From an uncultured Gemmatimonadaceae bacterium (GTDB lineage Bacteria > Gemmatimonadota > Gemmatimonadetes > Gemmatimonadales > Gemmatimonadaceae): a DNA stretch of 64,000 bases. Made by a program: the position numbers and the translations under genes. The notes under the pieces were generated by a model. That model saw only the letters and a list, made by a program, of their open reading frames with translations. It was not told the origin of the DNA and made no database searches. Of this stretch, positions 37,501-47,123 are shown in pieces. The stretch covers positions 256,001 through 320,000 of the forward strand of contig CAWBOC010000005.1 in assembly GCA_963790305.1 (NCBI GenBank), in the 5' to 3' direction. Numbering within the stretch: the stretch's first letter is position 1; each line of letters starts with the position of its first letter.

Positions 37501-37928
37501 TCGACGAACGTCTCGTCGCGTGTCTTCTTGATCAGCTCCGCCACGCGATCCATCGCCCAGCCCATCTCGACGACTTCCCAGTCCTTTGCGCCAGGCTTCC
37601 GGTGCAGGACCTTGGTCGGACGGTTGGGATTCTTGTGCAGCTGGTAGATGGCGGCGCCCTTGGGACAGAGCGTTCCCTCGTTATGCGGGCTGCGCGGATC
37701 GCCCTCAATGTTGATGATCTCGCCGTCCTTCACGTGGATCAGCGTCGCGCAGCCCACCGAGCAGAACGGGCAGATGCTGGGGACCGTCTTGCTGTCCTTG
37801 ATGCGCAGCGCCTGCGCTTTGGCGCGTGCGGGGGCGAGAGTGAGGCCGAGACCGGCGAGGCCGCCCAAAGCGGTCCCGACCCCGGCGCCCGTCGCATAGC
37901 GGAGAAATTCCCGTCGCGTGGCTGTCAT
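34596..37928 (-). CDS. Selenocysteine-containing formate dehydrogenase alpha subunit (FdnG/FdoG type), Tat-exported, about 1110 aa
   Basis: TRREFL Tat motif; CPFCSVGC...CPKG; in-frame TGA at 37353-37355 in NQARI-U-HSSSVPGLG; ALRGH; ORFs 37353..38015 and 34596..37298 share a frame. Confidence 0.92.
37321..37352 (-). promoter_or_regulatory. Bacterial SECIS element
   Basis: Immediately 3' of the UGA: CACAGCUCUAGCGU-CCCC-GGUCU-GGGG-UCACG, the position and G-containing apical loop expected of fdh SECIS hairpins. Confidence 0.75.
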
Positions 37929-38011
37929 TGCGCTACTCCTCGCGCGAAGCCGGTGTCGCGAGTCGATCGTAAGTTCGCCTTCACTCCTATCTAAGGGCCC
38001 GATCCCAATCG

Positions 38012-38209
38012 TCAAGGTGTATCCCCGTCGTCGATCGCTCGATTAGGCGGCCCGGCCCGCAACCCGGTCGATGAAGGCGGATCGCTCGCGGGAAAGCTCT
38101 CCGCAGATGCCTCGCCGACATCATCGAGGGGGACGTCCCTGGGTGGTGGAGCGCGGTGCCGCTCGCGTGCCACGTCCTGAGCACGGCCTCTCTCCTCTCT
38201 GCTCGTCAT
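38012..38209 (-). CDS. Small protein with S-x-ESFPASDPP motif
   Basis: 65 aa ...DDVGEASAESFPASDPPSSTGLRAGPP...; GGAGG RBS; paralogous motif at 57583-57792. Confidence 0.6.
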   Translation of the reverse strand: MTSREERGRAQDVARERHRAPPPRDVPLDDVGEASAESFPASDPPSSTGLRAGPPNRAIDDGDTP

Positions 38210-38237
38210 TGCGACAGACCTCCTGCCACGCGTCAGG

Positions 38238-39167
38238 CTATCGACGACCCCGTGTGGAGCGTTTCCCCCGTGGCGGTTCAATGACCAGCACCGAGCACGG
38301 AGCCTTGTCCAAAACCGTTTCCGCCGTGTTCCCTATGACCCGCGCGGCAAGTCCGCGACGGGGGACCGTCCCGATGACGATCAGGTCAATGCAATGCCTG
38401 GTGGCAAAGGCGCCGATCGCCTTTCTGGCGTCGCCGTGTTCGAGATGGATGTGAGTCGGATCGATACGATCCGAGAACGGGGCGACGGTGTCTTCGAGAT
38501 CATGACGCACCTGCTCCCGGGCGTCGGTGACATACTGCTTCAGTTCCGTCTGCGTCAGGCCGCCGCGGCGCATGATCCGCTCGCCGTACGCCTCCCATGC
38601 GTGCAACACGTGCAGTTCACCGTTCAGGGCATCGCTGAACCACAGCCCGGTTTGCATGAGAGCGGCGTTGAGAACATCCGTCGCTCGTCCCCGCCACGGG
38701 CCCGTGTCCACCGCTACGAGAACACGTGGGCGCCCACGGCGGCCACCATGTGCGAATAGGACGGGACAGGGACACTCGCGTACGAGGCGCGTCGCGGTCG
38801 TTCTATCGGGCTGGACGCTGTCCGGGGATGGCGCATCGAGCACGAGGAGATCGTGCCGGCCGCGACGTACTTCAGCGACAAGGGCGTTGACCGGCGAGCC
38901 GTCGAGCAGGGTAACCCGTGGAGTGACGCCGAATCGGCGGACGCGTGTCGCGGTTCGCTGAAGGTCGGCTTCTCGCTGCGATCGCGCGAGCGCGCGCAGG
39001 TTCCACCCTCGAGGCAGAACCCGACGAGCGAGGCGAGGCATCTCCTCCAGCACACCGGCCAGGGTGATCCTCGCACCGGTTGCCGCGGCGAGACGCCCCG
39101 CATATCGCGCAGCGGTGGTGCGACGATCGTCCGATGACCAGACGAGCAGACGCGTGAAGTCCGGCAT
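38238..39167 (-). CDS. Universal stress protein (tandem Usp domains, UspE-like)
   Basis: LVRECPCPVL; IDLIVIGT...IGNTAETVLDKAPCSVL. Confidence 0.88.
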   Translation of the reverse strand: MPDFTRLLVWSSDDRRTTAARYAGRLAAATGARITLAGVLEEMPRLARRVLPRGWNLRALARSQREADLQRTATRVRRFGVTPRVTLLDGSPVNALVAEVRRGRHDLLVLDAPSPDSVQPDRTTATRLVRECPCPVLFAHGGRRGRPRVLVAVDTGPWRGRATDVLNAALMQTGLWFSDALNGELHVLHAWEAYGERIMRRGGLTQTELKQYVTDAREQVRHDLEDTVAPFSDRIDPTHIHLEHGDARKAIGAFATRHCIDLIVIGTVPRRGLAARVIGNTAETVLDKAPCSVLVIEPPRGKRSTRGRR

Positions 39168-39325
39168 GCGATTTCCTCTCCTCCCGGTCGCCTTTCGCCT
39201 ATATCATGGCAGACCCGGCGCGAAAGAGTAATGGTCCAAACGGCGATCCCATGGAGTCGGTCATTGTGTGGTGTGGCGAGACCAGTAGCTCGTGACGCGT
39301 TAGGCGTTCGACGATCAGCCTCCCC

Positions 39326-42079
39326 ATGATGGCCTGGCTTCTCGCACTTGCCTTCCTGGGAAGTTGTGCGGCCTGGCCTCTCTCGATCCTGTTCGGACGA
39401 CGGGCGGCCGGCTGGGTGCTCGCGCTCCTCCCCGCGTCTCTGTTCGCTGCCTTCCTGGACTTCGCGCCCGCGATCGCGGCTGGGCGCGCGATCACGTGGC
39501 GGATGGCATGGGCGCCGTCGCTGGGAGTCGATCTCGCGCTCCGCCTCGACGGATTCTCCTTTCTCTTCGCCCTGCTCATTACCGGCATCGGCGCGCTCGT
39601 CGTCGTGTATGCCGGCGACTACCTCTCCACCGAGAGCGCACCGAGCCGCGCGCGATTCTTCACGCTGATCCTGTTGTTCATGACGGCAATGCTCGGCGCC
39701 GTCCTCTCGGACAACCTGCTCCTGCTGTTTCTCTTCTGGGAAGCGACGAGCATTCTGTCGTTCCTGCTCATCGGCTTCCATGCCGACAGCCCGCACGCGC
39801 GACGGGCCGCGTTGATGTCTCTCCGGGTCACGGCCGGGGGAGGACTTGCGCTCCTCGCTGCCATCATCCTCACCGGCATATCGTTGGACAGCTATCTGCT
39901 CACCGACGTCATCGCGCGTGCGGATGAGTTGTCGCAGAGCCGGTGGATCATGCCGATCCTGATCGGCGTGCTGATCGGGGCGTTCACCAAGTCGGCGCAG
40001 TTCCCCTTCCACTTCTGGCTGCCGAATGCCATGCAGGCGCCGACCCCGGCGTCTGCCTATCTCCATTCGGCGACCATGGTGAAGCTCGGCATCTATCTCC
40101 TGGCGCGGTTCGAGCCCGTCATCGGCGCCGTGCCTCGGGGGCGCGATACGCTGATCGCGTTTGCGCTTGCGACGATGCTCCTCGCGGCGTTCCAGGCGCT
40201 GCGCGCCGAGAACTTCAAGAGTGTTCTCGCGTATTCGACCGTGGCGTCGCTGGGCATCCTCGTTATGCTCGTGGGTCTCGATGGGCCCATGGCGACCGTC
40301 GCCATGGTCGGCTTCGTGCTCGCGCACGCGCTCTACAAGGCGACGTTGTTCTTCTGCGCGGGATCGGTGCTGCACGCCACCGGCCTCAGCAAGCTGCGAG
40401 CGATGGGCGGCCTCGTGCGCTTTCTTCCCGTCACCGCGGGGGCGGCGGCCCTGGCCAGTCTCTCAATGGCGGGGCTTCCACCATTTGTCGGGTTCATCTC
40501 CAAGGAGTTCCTGTTCGAAGCCCAGATCCAAAGCTCCTGGAACGCCGTCCCCGTCGCGGTGGCCATGCTCGTCAATGCCGTACTCGTGGCGGTGGCCGGC
40601 GTTGTGACGCTACGCCCTTTCTTTCTCGGCCAGGGAAAGGTGAAGAGCGTGAAACACGGCGAGACGCCGTCGCTGCTGGTCGGTCCCGTCGTCCTGTCGC
40701 TTCTTGGCCTCTTGCTGAGCCTCGAACCCGACTGGATTACCGCGGCAGTGATGCGCCCGGCCGTGATGGCCGTGTACGGAACCGACGTCGCCGTCGAGCT
40801 GCCATCGCTGCGACATGGCGTGACGCAGACCCTCGCGCTGAGTGCGGTCGTCGTCGGCATCGGAGCCCTGATCCTCAGGCTCTGGGGGCCCATCCATGCG
40901 CATCTGCGCGCGCGAACGCTCATCGACCGCTACGACGCGGAGCACGCCTACGAGTTCCTCACCCGGGTCGGGGGCCGCGCGGCGGCGATCACCGCGCGCT
41001 CCATCCAACACGGTGATCTCCGCAAGTATGTGTGGATCGTTCTTGCAGCGTGCCTGGGGTTCGTCACTTGGGGTCTCGTCGCCTCAGGGCGTTGGCCGCG
41101 TCTGCCCGGCGTGTTGACCGGTCTGCGAATCGCACCGGCGGCGGTCGCTCTCATCGGCATTGGCGGCGCATTCGCCGCCGTGCGGGCAAGGACCCTCGTA
41201 TCGACGATGATCGCCGTCGGGCTGACGGGCTTCGTTGCCGCGGTGACCTTCATGATGAACGGGGCACCCGACCTGGCGCTGACACAGTTTGCGGTCGAAT
41301 CGCTCGTGGTGGTGCTGTTGACGGTCGTGTTGCTCGTGCTGCCTCTCCAGGCGCCATCGACGCGTACGAAGCGCGAGCGAACCGTCGACGCGGGACTCGC
41401 AATCGCCTTTTCGCTGGTGATGTTCGTCGTCCTGATCGACATGGGCACGACGTCGGGGGCGGCGCCCGTTTCCGACTTCTTCGCCGCGAACAGCTATGTC
41501 TCGGCGTTCGGACGCAACGTCGTCAACGTCATCCTCGTCGACTTCCGAGGGTTCGACACGCTCGGCGAGACGACTGTCATCGCCCTGTCCGCCATCCTCG
41601 CCTGGTCGCTGCTCGGCCCGAGAATGTTACGCGACCGCGGTGCAGCGGTCGTGCGCGGCCGTACGATTTTCATTCTCGTGATGACGAGCCGGCTCTTCTT
41701 CTGGCTCCTCACCGTCCTGTCCGTGCTCATCCTGCTCCGTGGCCATAACGAGATCGGCGGTGGGTTCGTCGGCGGGCTCACGGCAGCTCTCGGGTTTGCG
41801 CTGATCTCACTCGCTGACGGCACCGACCGGGCTCGGGCGATGCTCCGCGTCCACCCGATCTCCCTGGCTGGTGGCGGGCTTTTCCTCGCCGTCGCGAGCG
41901 GCCTTCCAGGACTCTTCCTCCACGGCGACTTCCTCCGCCACCTGTGGTTCGAGCTCGACGTCTTCGGCATCCAGGTCAAACAGGGAACGACACTTCTGTT
42001 CGATCTCGGTGTGTATCTCGTCGTGCTGGGTGCGGTGCTGGCCTTTCTTTTCGGCCTGCGCCGCGAGGCGGCTCGATGA
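39326..42079 (+). CDS. mrpA: Mrp Na+/H+ antiporter subunit A fused with subunit B
   Basis: FWEATS, TKSAQFPFHFWLP, PTPASAYLHSATMVK, DFRGFDTLGE, GHNEIGGGF. Confidence 0.92.
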   Translation: MMAWLLALAFLGSCAAWPLSILFGRRAAGWVLALLPASLFAAFLDFAPAIAAGRAITWRMAWAPSLGVDLALRLDGFSFLFALLITGIGALVVVYAGDYLSTESAPSRARFFTLILLFMTAMLGAVLSDNLLLLFLFWEATSILSFLLIGFHADSPHARRAALMSLRVTAGGGLALLAAIILTGISLDSYLLTDVIARADELSQSRWIMPILIGVLIGAFTKSAQFPFHFWLPNAMQAPTPASAYLHSATMVKLGIYLLARFEPVIGAVPRGRDTLIAFALATMLLAAFQALRAENFKSVLAYSTVASLGILVMLVGLDGPMATVAMVGFVLAHALYKATLFFCAGSVLHATGLSKLRAMGGLVRFLPVTAGAAALASLSMAGLPPFVGFISKEFLFEAQIQSSWNAVPVAVAMLVNAVLVAVAGVVTLRPFFLGQGKVKSVKHGETPSLLVGPVVLSLLGLLLSLEPDWITAAVMRPAVMAVYGTDVAVELPSLRHGVTQTLALSAVVVGIGALILRLWGPIHAHLRARTLIDRYDAEHAYEFLTRVGGRAAAITARSIQHGDLRKYVWIVLAACLGFVTWGLVASGRWPRLPGVLTGLRIAPAAVALIGIGGAFAAVRARTLVSTMIAVGLTGFVAAVTFMMNGAPDLALTQFAVESLVVVLLTVVLLVLPLQAPSTRTKRERTVDAGLAIAFSLVMFVVLIDMGTTSGAAPVSDFFAANSYVSAFGRNVVNVILVDFRGFDTLGETTVIALSAILAWSLLGPRMLRDRGAAVVRGRTIFILVMTSRLFFWLLTVLSVLILLRGHNEIGGGFVGGLTAALGFALISLADGTDRARAMLRVHPISLAGGGLFLAVASGLPGLFLHGDFLRHLWFELDVFGIQVKQGTTLLFDLGVYLVVLGAVLAFLFGLRREAAR

Positions 42080-42459
42080 GCGCTCTCTATGCCTTGCTCG
42101 CGGCGAGCCTGTTCGGCTGCGCACTCTACATGATTCTCTCCCGTAACGTCGTGCGGCTCCTCCTCGGCTTATCGCTCCTGGCGACTGCCGTGAACCTCAT
42201 GGTGTTCCTCGCCGGACACCTCCGGTCGGTCCAGCCGCCGCTGATTCCAGAAGGAGCTGACACACTGCGCGATTCGGCCGATCCCATCCCTCAGGCGTTG
42301 ATCCTCACCGCCATCGTGATCGGGTTCGCGCTGACGGTGGTGCTTTCGGCATTGGCGCTCCGTGCCTATCGGGTGCACGGCACCCTCAGGACCGATGAGA
42401 TTCGGTCGGCCGAGCGTCTCGGAGATCCCTCGGCCCATGAGGCAGCCGGTGATCGCTGA
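42076..42459 (+). CDS. mrpC: Mrp antiporter subunit C
   Basis: DPIPQALILTAIVIGFA. Confidence 0.9.
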   Translation: MSALYALLAASLFGCALYMILSRNVVRLLLGLSLLATAVNLMVFLAGHLRSVQPPLIPEGADTLRDSADPIPQALILTAIVIGFALTVVLSALALRAYRVHGTLRTDEIRSAERLGDPSAHEAAGDR

Positions 42460-43951
42460 CACCATCGCCCGCGGCGCTGCCGTGTGGCCGGTCGTCATAC
42501 CCCTTTTGGGCGCCGCGCTCACTCTGCTGCTTCGTCGCTCACCATTGATGCAGCGGGGCGTGATGGAGGGCAGCGTGATGCTGATGCTCGGCGCATCGGT
42601 CACGCTCCTGGCGCGCGTCGCGCGCGGTGACGTCGTGGTCATGGCCTTCGGCGGGTGGGGAGCGCCATTCGGGATAACCTTCGTCGCCGATCGTCTCGGT
42701 GCGGCGCTGTCGCTCGTCACCGGCATCGTGGCGCTCGCGGTCGCCATCTATGCGCGGGCTGACATTCGAGCACGCCGCAGGAGGGCGGGGTTCGATCCGC
42801 TGTTCCTCGGCATGCTCGCCGCGGTCAACGGCGCGTTTCTCACTGGCGATCTCTTCAATCTGTACGTCTGGTTCGAGCTGATGCTCATGGCTGCGCTCGG
42901 ACTCGTCACACTCGACCGGCGACCGGCGCAGATCAATGGCGCCATTCGTTATGCGGCCATGAGCATGCTGGGTGCGTCGTTCATCCTGATCGGCATCGGC
43001 CTGCTCTACCGCGAAGCTGGTACACTGGACATCGCCCATCTCGCCGTTACACTCGCCGGCCGGGAGTCGACGCTGACCCTCAGCACCTCGGCGTTCATGT
43101 TGCTGGCCGGGTTCGCTCTCAAGGCGGGACTCTTCCCGCTCTTCTTCTGGCTGCCCGCGTCGTATCACACCGCTCCGATATCGGTGACCGCCGCGCTCGC
43201 CGGGCTGCTGACCAAGGTCGGGCTCTATGCTTGCCTGCGCGTGCTGGTAGTGGTCTTCGACATCGGTGGAACGGCGATCGTCCCGGGCATCCCACAGCTG
43301 GCGGCGCTACTCGCTGCGGCGACAATGATCGTCAGCGTTCTGGCCGCGATCGCCCAGGTCGACATTCGCAGACTGCTTGCGTTTCACATCCTCGGCCAGG
43401 TTGCATATCTCATGTTGGGACTGGCTCTGGCTTCGTCGGCGGGCCTCGCGGCCGCCATCGTCTACATGATGCACACGATGCTCGTACAGACTGGTCTGTT
43501 CCTGGGCGCGGGTGCGATCGCGCGGGCTCAAGGCAGTTACGACCTGCGGGACGGGACCGGGCTTATTCGGGACCGTCCGCTGTTCACAGCGCTGTTCGCG
43601 GTGATGGCCCTGTCGCTCTCGGGTGTCCCACCATTGTCGGGTTTCTGGGCCAAGTTTCTCGTCATCGATGCCGCATTCCGTGCCGAAGCTGCCTGGCTCG
43701 CCCTGGCGGCATTGATCGTGGGCTTTCTGACCATGTATTCCATGAGCACCCTCTGGTCGGACGCGTTCTGGGGAACGACCGCGAGGCGCCCGCGCGTGAT
43801 TCGTCCTATTCCTCCGGCAATGATGTACGCGATGATCCTGCTCGGTATGTGCACGATCGGCATTGGGCTCGCCATCGATGTCGTCTATACCTTCGCCACT
43901 GACGCCGCATCACAACTGACTCGTCCGATGTCCATCGGAATGACGCGATGA
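42449..43951 (+). CDS. mrpD: Mrp antiporter subunit D
   Basis: GDLFNLYVWFELM, LKAGLFPLFFWLP, LTKVG, PPLSGFWAK. Confidence 0.9.
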   Translation: MIADTIARGAAVWPVVIPLLGAALTLLLRRSPLMQRGVMEGSVMLMLGASVTLLARVARGDVVVMAFGGWGAPFGITFVADRLGAALSLVTGIVALAVAIYARADIRARRRRAGFDPLFLGMLAAVNGAFLTGDLFNLYVWFELMLMAALGLVTLDRRPAQINGAIRYAAMSMLGASFILIGIGLLYREAGTLDIAHLAVTLAGRESTLTLSTSAFMLLAGFALKAGLFPLFFWLPASYHTAPISVTAALAGLLTKVGLYACLRVLVVVFDIGGTAIVPGIPQLAALLAAATMIVSVLAAIAQVDIRRLLAFHILGQVAYLMLGLALASSAGLAAAIVYMMHTMLVQTGLFLGAGAIARAQGSYDLRDGTGLIRDRPLFTALFAVMALSLSGVPPLSGFWAKFLVIDAAFRAEAAWLALAALIVGFLTMYSMSTLWSDAFWGTTARRPRVIRPIPPAMMYAMILLGMCTIGIGLAIDVVYTFATDAASQLTRPMSIGMTR

Positions 43952-44289
43952 GCCTCACGCGTCGCACGTGGGCCGGAATCTCCCTGGCGGGCATCTTCCT
44001 CTACGATCTGGTGGTAGCGTCCCTCGCCGTGGCGCGCATTGTCCTCGCGCCCCATCCGCGGCCGATGCCGGCGATCGTGAGAGTGCCTGTCGACGCGCGA
44101 ACGGATTGGGGGATCGCGCTCTTCGCCTACCTGGTGTCGATGACCCCCGGCTCGACCTGCCTGCACGTGGCCGAGGACCGCAGCGCGCTCTTCGTGCATT
44201 TTCTCCACGCGCCTGACGAGACCGCGCGGGCGGCCGAGATCAAGGCGCTGTTCGAGCGTCGAATACGCACCCTGGAAGGAGGGAGTTAG
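43948..44289 (+). CDS. mrpE: Mrp antiporter subunit E
   Basis: PAIVRVP, SMTPGS, FERR. Confidence 0.85.
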   Translation: MSLTRRTWAGISLAGIFLYDLVVASLAVARIVLAPHPRPMPAIVRVPVDARTDWGIALFAYLVSMTPGSTCLHVAEDRSALFVHFLHAPDETARAAEIKALFERRIRTLEGGS

Positions 44290-44295
44290 CGCGTG

Positions 44296-44576
44296 ATGGA
44301 GCTCCGCGTTCGCGATCGCCCCGCCAATTCTGATCGCTGTGCTCGCCCTTCCGTTTGCGCTCGCGGCCTATCGGATGGTCAAAGGGCCGGGATACGCCGA
44401 TCGTTTCGTGGCGCTCGACATGCTGACGGCCGTGGCCGTGTGCTTCTCCGCGCTCACGGCCGTTGTCGACCGGCCGAAGCGCCTTCCTGGACATCGGGTT
44501 GGGACTCGTACTCATCAACTTCGTATCCACGTGCGCGGTCGCGGCGTTTCTCGAGCGTAAGAGAAATCACCAGTGA
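44296..44576 (+). CDS. mrpF: Mrp antiporter subunit F, interrupted by two +1 insertions
   Basis: RMVKGPGYADRFVALD in one frame and AFLDIGLGLVLINFVSTCAVAAFLE in the next; shifts near 44305 and 44468. Confidence 0.75.
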
Positions 44577-44947
44577 TCCAGACGATGATCGCCTTAGCCA
44601 TGCTGGTCATTGGCGTCATGTTCGTTACGATTGCTGCGGTTGGCGTGGCGCGACTTCCCGACGTCTTTCAGCGAATGCACGCGGCGACGAAGGCCGGTGG
44701 CATTGGCGTCAGCCTCGTCGTTGGCGGAGCACTCGTTGCCGGTACTTCGAAGCCGCTGACCGGCGTTCTCACCATCGTCTTGATGCTCCTCACGCTCTCC
44801 GCGGCGTCGCAGCTCCTCGCCCGCGCCGCGTACGTGTCGGGCGCCAAGCTGCACGGCATCGAGCGTAGAGACGCGCTCGCGGGAGTGCTCCCCCGGCAGG
44901 ATGCTCCGCTCGAGGAGCGAACGTCGTCGCACCATCTCGGTCGATAG
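44573..44947 (+). CDS. mrpG: Mrp antiporter subunit G
   Basis: RLPDVFQRMHAATKAG. Confidence 0.88.
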   Translation: MIQTMIALAMLVIGVMFVTIAAVGVARLPDVFQRMHAATKAGGIGVSLVVGGALVAGTSKPLTGVLTIVLMLLTLSAASQLLARAAYVSGAKLHGIERRDALAGVLPRQDAPLEERTSSHHLGR

Positions 44948-44973
44948 CCCACGCGATAACGCGGAGGTGTTAC

Positions 44974-47085
44974 GTGCGCATGCCTGACAGCGACGACATC
45001 CTCGTGCTCGGTACCCATGAGCAAGACGCCTCCACCTCCGGGCATGTGCATGTCGCGGGTCACGAGCACGGAGCTACGCACGGGGAACGCGCGGATCACG
45101 GTCCGCACGCCGGCCACGACAAGCACGCGGGCCACAGCGTGGGCATGTTCCGCGACAAGTTCTGGATCTCCCTGCTGCTGACGCTCCCGACTCTGGTCTG
45201 GGGACACATGCTGCAGAGCGCGCTGGGGTACGCGGCGCCGTCCTTTCCCGGCTCCATGTGGATTCCCCCGGTATTCGGAACGGCGGTGTTCCTCTATGGC
45301 GGCTGGGTCTTTATCCAGGGCGCAATCCAGGAGCTCAGGAACCGGCTGCCAGGGATGATGACGCTCATCGCCCTGGCCATCACCGTCGCATTTGTGTTCA
45401 GCGCCGTCGTGACGCTTGGCTATTCCGGAATGCCGCTGTGGGAAGAGCTGGCCACGCTGGTCACGATCATGTTGCTCGGCCACTGGATCGAGATGCGCTC
45501 GATCACGCAGGCCCAGGGCGCGCTCAAGGAGTTGGCGAAGCTCCTCCCAAGCACGGCAACTCGCGTTGACGGCGACCGAACCGAGGAGGTGCCTATCGAG
45601 CAGTTACGCGACGGCGACCTCGTTCTCGTTCGCCCCGGTGCGAGCATCCCCGCTGATGGTACGGTGAAGCAGGGGAAAAGCGCGGTAAACGAGGCGATGA
45701 TCACCGGTGAGTCCCGTGCCGTCGAGAAGAAGGAAGGGGACAAAGTCATCGCCGGAACGGTCAATGACTCTGGCTCACTGAGGGTAAAGGTCACCGGCAC
45801 CGGCGATCGCACGGCGCTTGCCGGAATCATGCGCCTGGTCGACCAGGCGCAGACGTCTCGCTCGCGTGCTCAGGCGCTCGCCGACCGCGCCGCGTTCATT
45901 CTCACCTTCGTCGCACTCGGCGCCGCGGCGATTACGCTCGTCGCCTGGCTCGCGCTGCGCGCCGAGCCTGCGTTCGCCATTGAGCGGGTCGTCACCGTCC
46001 TCGTGATCGCCTGCCCGCACGCGCTCGGACTGGCGATCCCGCTCGTCGTCGCGATCTCGACGACACTCGGCGCGCGAAACGGTCTGCTCGTGCGTGACCG
46101 ACGTGGCCTCGAGGAAGCGCGCCGTGTCAATGCCGTGATCTTCGACAAGACCGGAACACTCACGTTAGGGGAGCACCGAGTGGTCGACGTGGCGACCGTG
46201 GATGGGCTGTCGCCCGACGAGGCGCTTCGCCTTGCGGCCGCGCTGGAACACGACTCCGAGCATCCGGTCGCTCGAGCGATCGTTAGGAGCGCCGAGGAGC
46301 GGGGTGTCCGCGTGCCGGCGTCATCGGAGTTCGGGTACCTCCCAGGGCGCGGGGTGCGCGCAACGATTGAAGGGCGGCGGCTGGCAGCGGGCGGGCCCAA
46401 TCTCCTTCTCGAGCTCCGGGTGCAACCCGAACCCTCGCTTCGCAGCGCCGCGGAGCAAGCCGCGGCACGCGGCCAGGGGGCCATCTATCTCGTGGAGAAC
46501 GGACGCGCCATCGCGGTGTTTGCCGTCGCCGATGCGATACGACCGGAGTCAGCCGAGGCCATACGCCGCTTGCACGAGGAGCACGTCGAGGTCGTGATGC
46601 TCACCGGCGACGCTCGCGCGGTCGCGGAGGCCGTCGCCAAAGAGCTCGGGATCGATCGCGTTTTCGCCGAGGTGCTGCCTGACCAGAAGGTGGCGAAGGT
46701 CAAGGAGCTGCAGGCACAGGGAAAGAAGGTCGCCATGGTTGGCGACGGCGTGAATGACGCGCCCGCTCTTCTCACGGCCGACGTCGGGATCGCCATTGGC
46801 GCCGGGACCAATGTCGCGGTAGAGGCCGGGGACATCGTGCTCGTCCGAAGTGATCCGCGGGACGTCCCCAGGATCATCGCACTGAGCCGCGCGAGCTACC
46901 GGAAGATGGTGCAGAATCTGTGGTGGGCCGCTGGCTACAACGTCGTCGCGATTCCCCTGGCCGCCGGAATCTTCGCCGCTCGAGGATTCGTGCTCTCGCC
47001 GGCTGTGGGAGCCGTGCTCATGTCGGCGAGCACCGTTATCGTCGCCATCAATGCGCAGCTGCTTCGACGCACGAAGCTCGATTGA
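44974..47085 (+). CDS. copB: Heavy-metal P1B-type ATPase, CopB-like (His-rich N-terminus)
   Basis: TGES, CPH, DKTGT, SEHP, GDGVNDAP, YN and MSAST. Confidence 0.9.
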   Translation: MRMPDSDDILVLGTHEQDASTSGHVHVAGHEHGATHGERADHGPHAGHDKHAGHSVGMFRDKFWISLLLTLPTLVWGHMLQSALGYAAPSFPGSMWIPPVFGTAVFLYGGWVFIQGAIQELRNRLPGMMTLIALAITVAFVFSAVVTLGYSGMPLWEELATLVTIMLLGHWIEMRSITQAQGALKELAKLLPSTATRVDGDRTEEVPIEQLRDGDLVLVRPGASIPADGTVKQGKSAVNEAMITGESRAVEKKEGDKVIAGTVNDSGSLRVKVTGTGDRTALAGIMRLVDQAQTSRSRAQALADRAAFILTFVALGAAAITLVAWLALRAEPAFAIERVVTVLVIACPHALGLAIPLVVAISTTLGARNGLLVRDRRGLEEARRVNAVIFDKTGTLTLGEHRVVDVATVDGLSPDEALRLAAALEHDSEHPVARAIVRSAEERGVRVPASSEFGYLPGRGVRATIEGRRLAAGGPNLLLELRVQPEPSLRSAAEQAAARGQGAIYLVENGRAIAVFAVADAIRPESAEAIRRLHEEHVEVVMLTGDARAVAEAVAKELGIDRVFAEVLPDQKVAKVKELQAQGKKVAMVGDGVNDAPALLTADVGIAIGAGTNVAVEAGDIVLVRSDPRDVPRIIALSRASYRKMVQNLWWAAGYNVVAIPLAAGIFAARGFVLSPAVGAVLMSASTVIVAINAQLLRRTKLD

Positions 47086-47123
47086 ACCACGCGGCGAAGA
47101 TCGATAGCAAAGCGGAGGGGTAC

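Noticed and set aside
39170..39325. Na+/Li+ riboswitch upstream of mrpA
   Set aside because: No recognisable nhaA-I/II or DUF1646 consensus or strong hairpin by eye.
38714..40375. Long antisense/alternative-frame ORFs (this 553-aa one and many others in the track)
   Set aside because: Shadow ORFs of GC-rich coding genes: Arg/Ala-rich, no motifs, overlapping well-supported CDSs.
44296..44576. Inactivated mrpF
   Set aside because: Two close +1 insertions in an otherwise intact operon; likely sequencing error.
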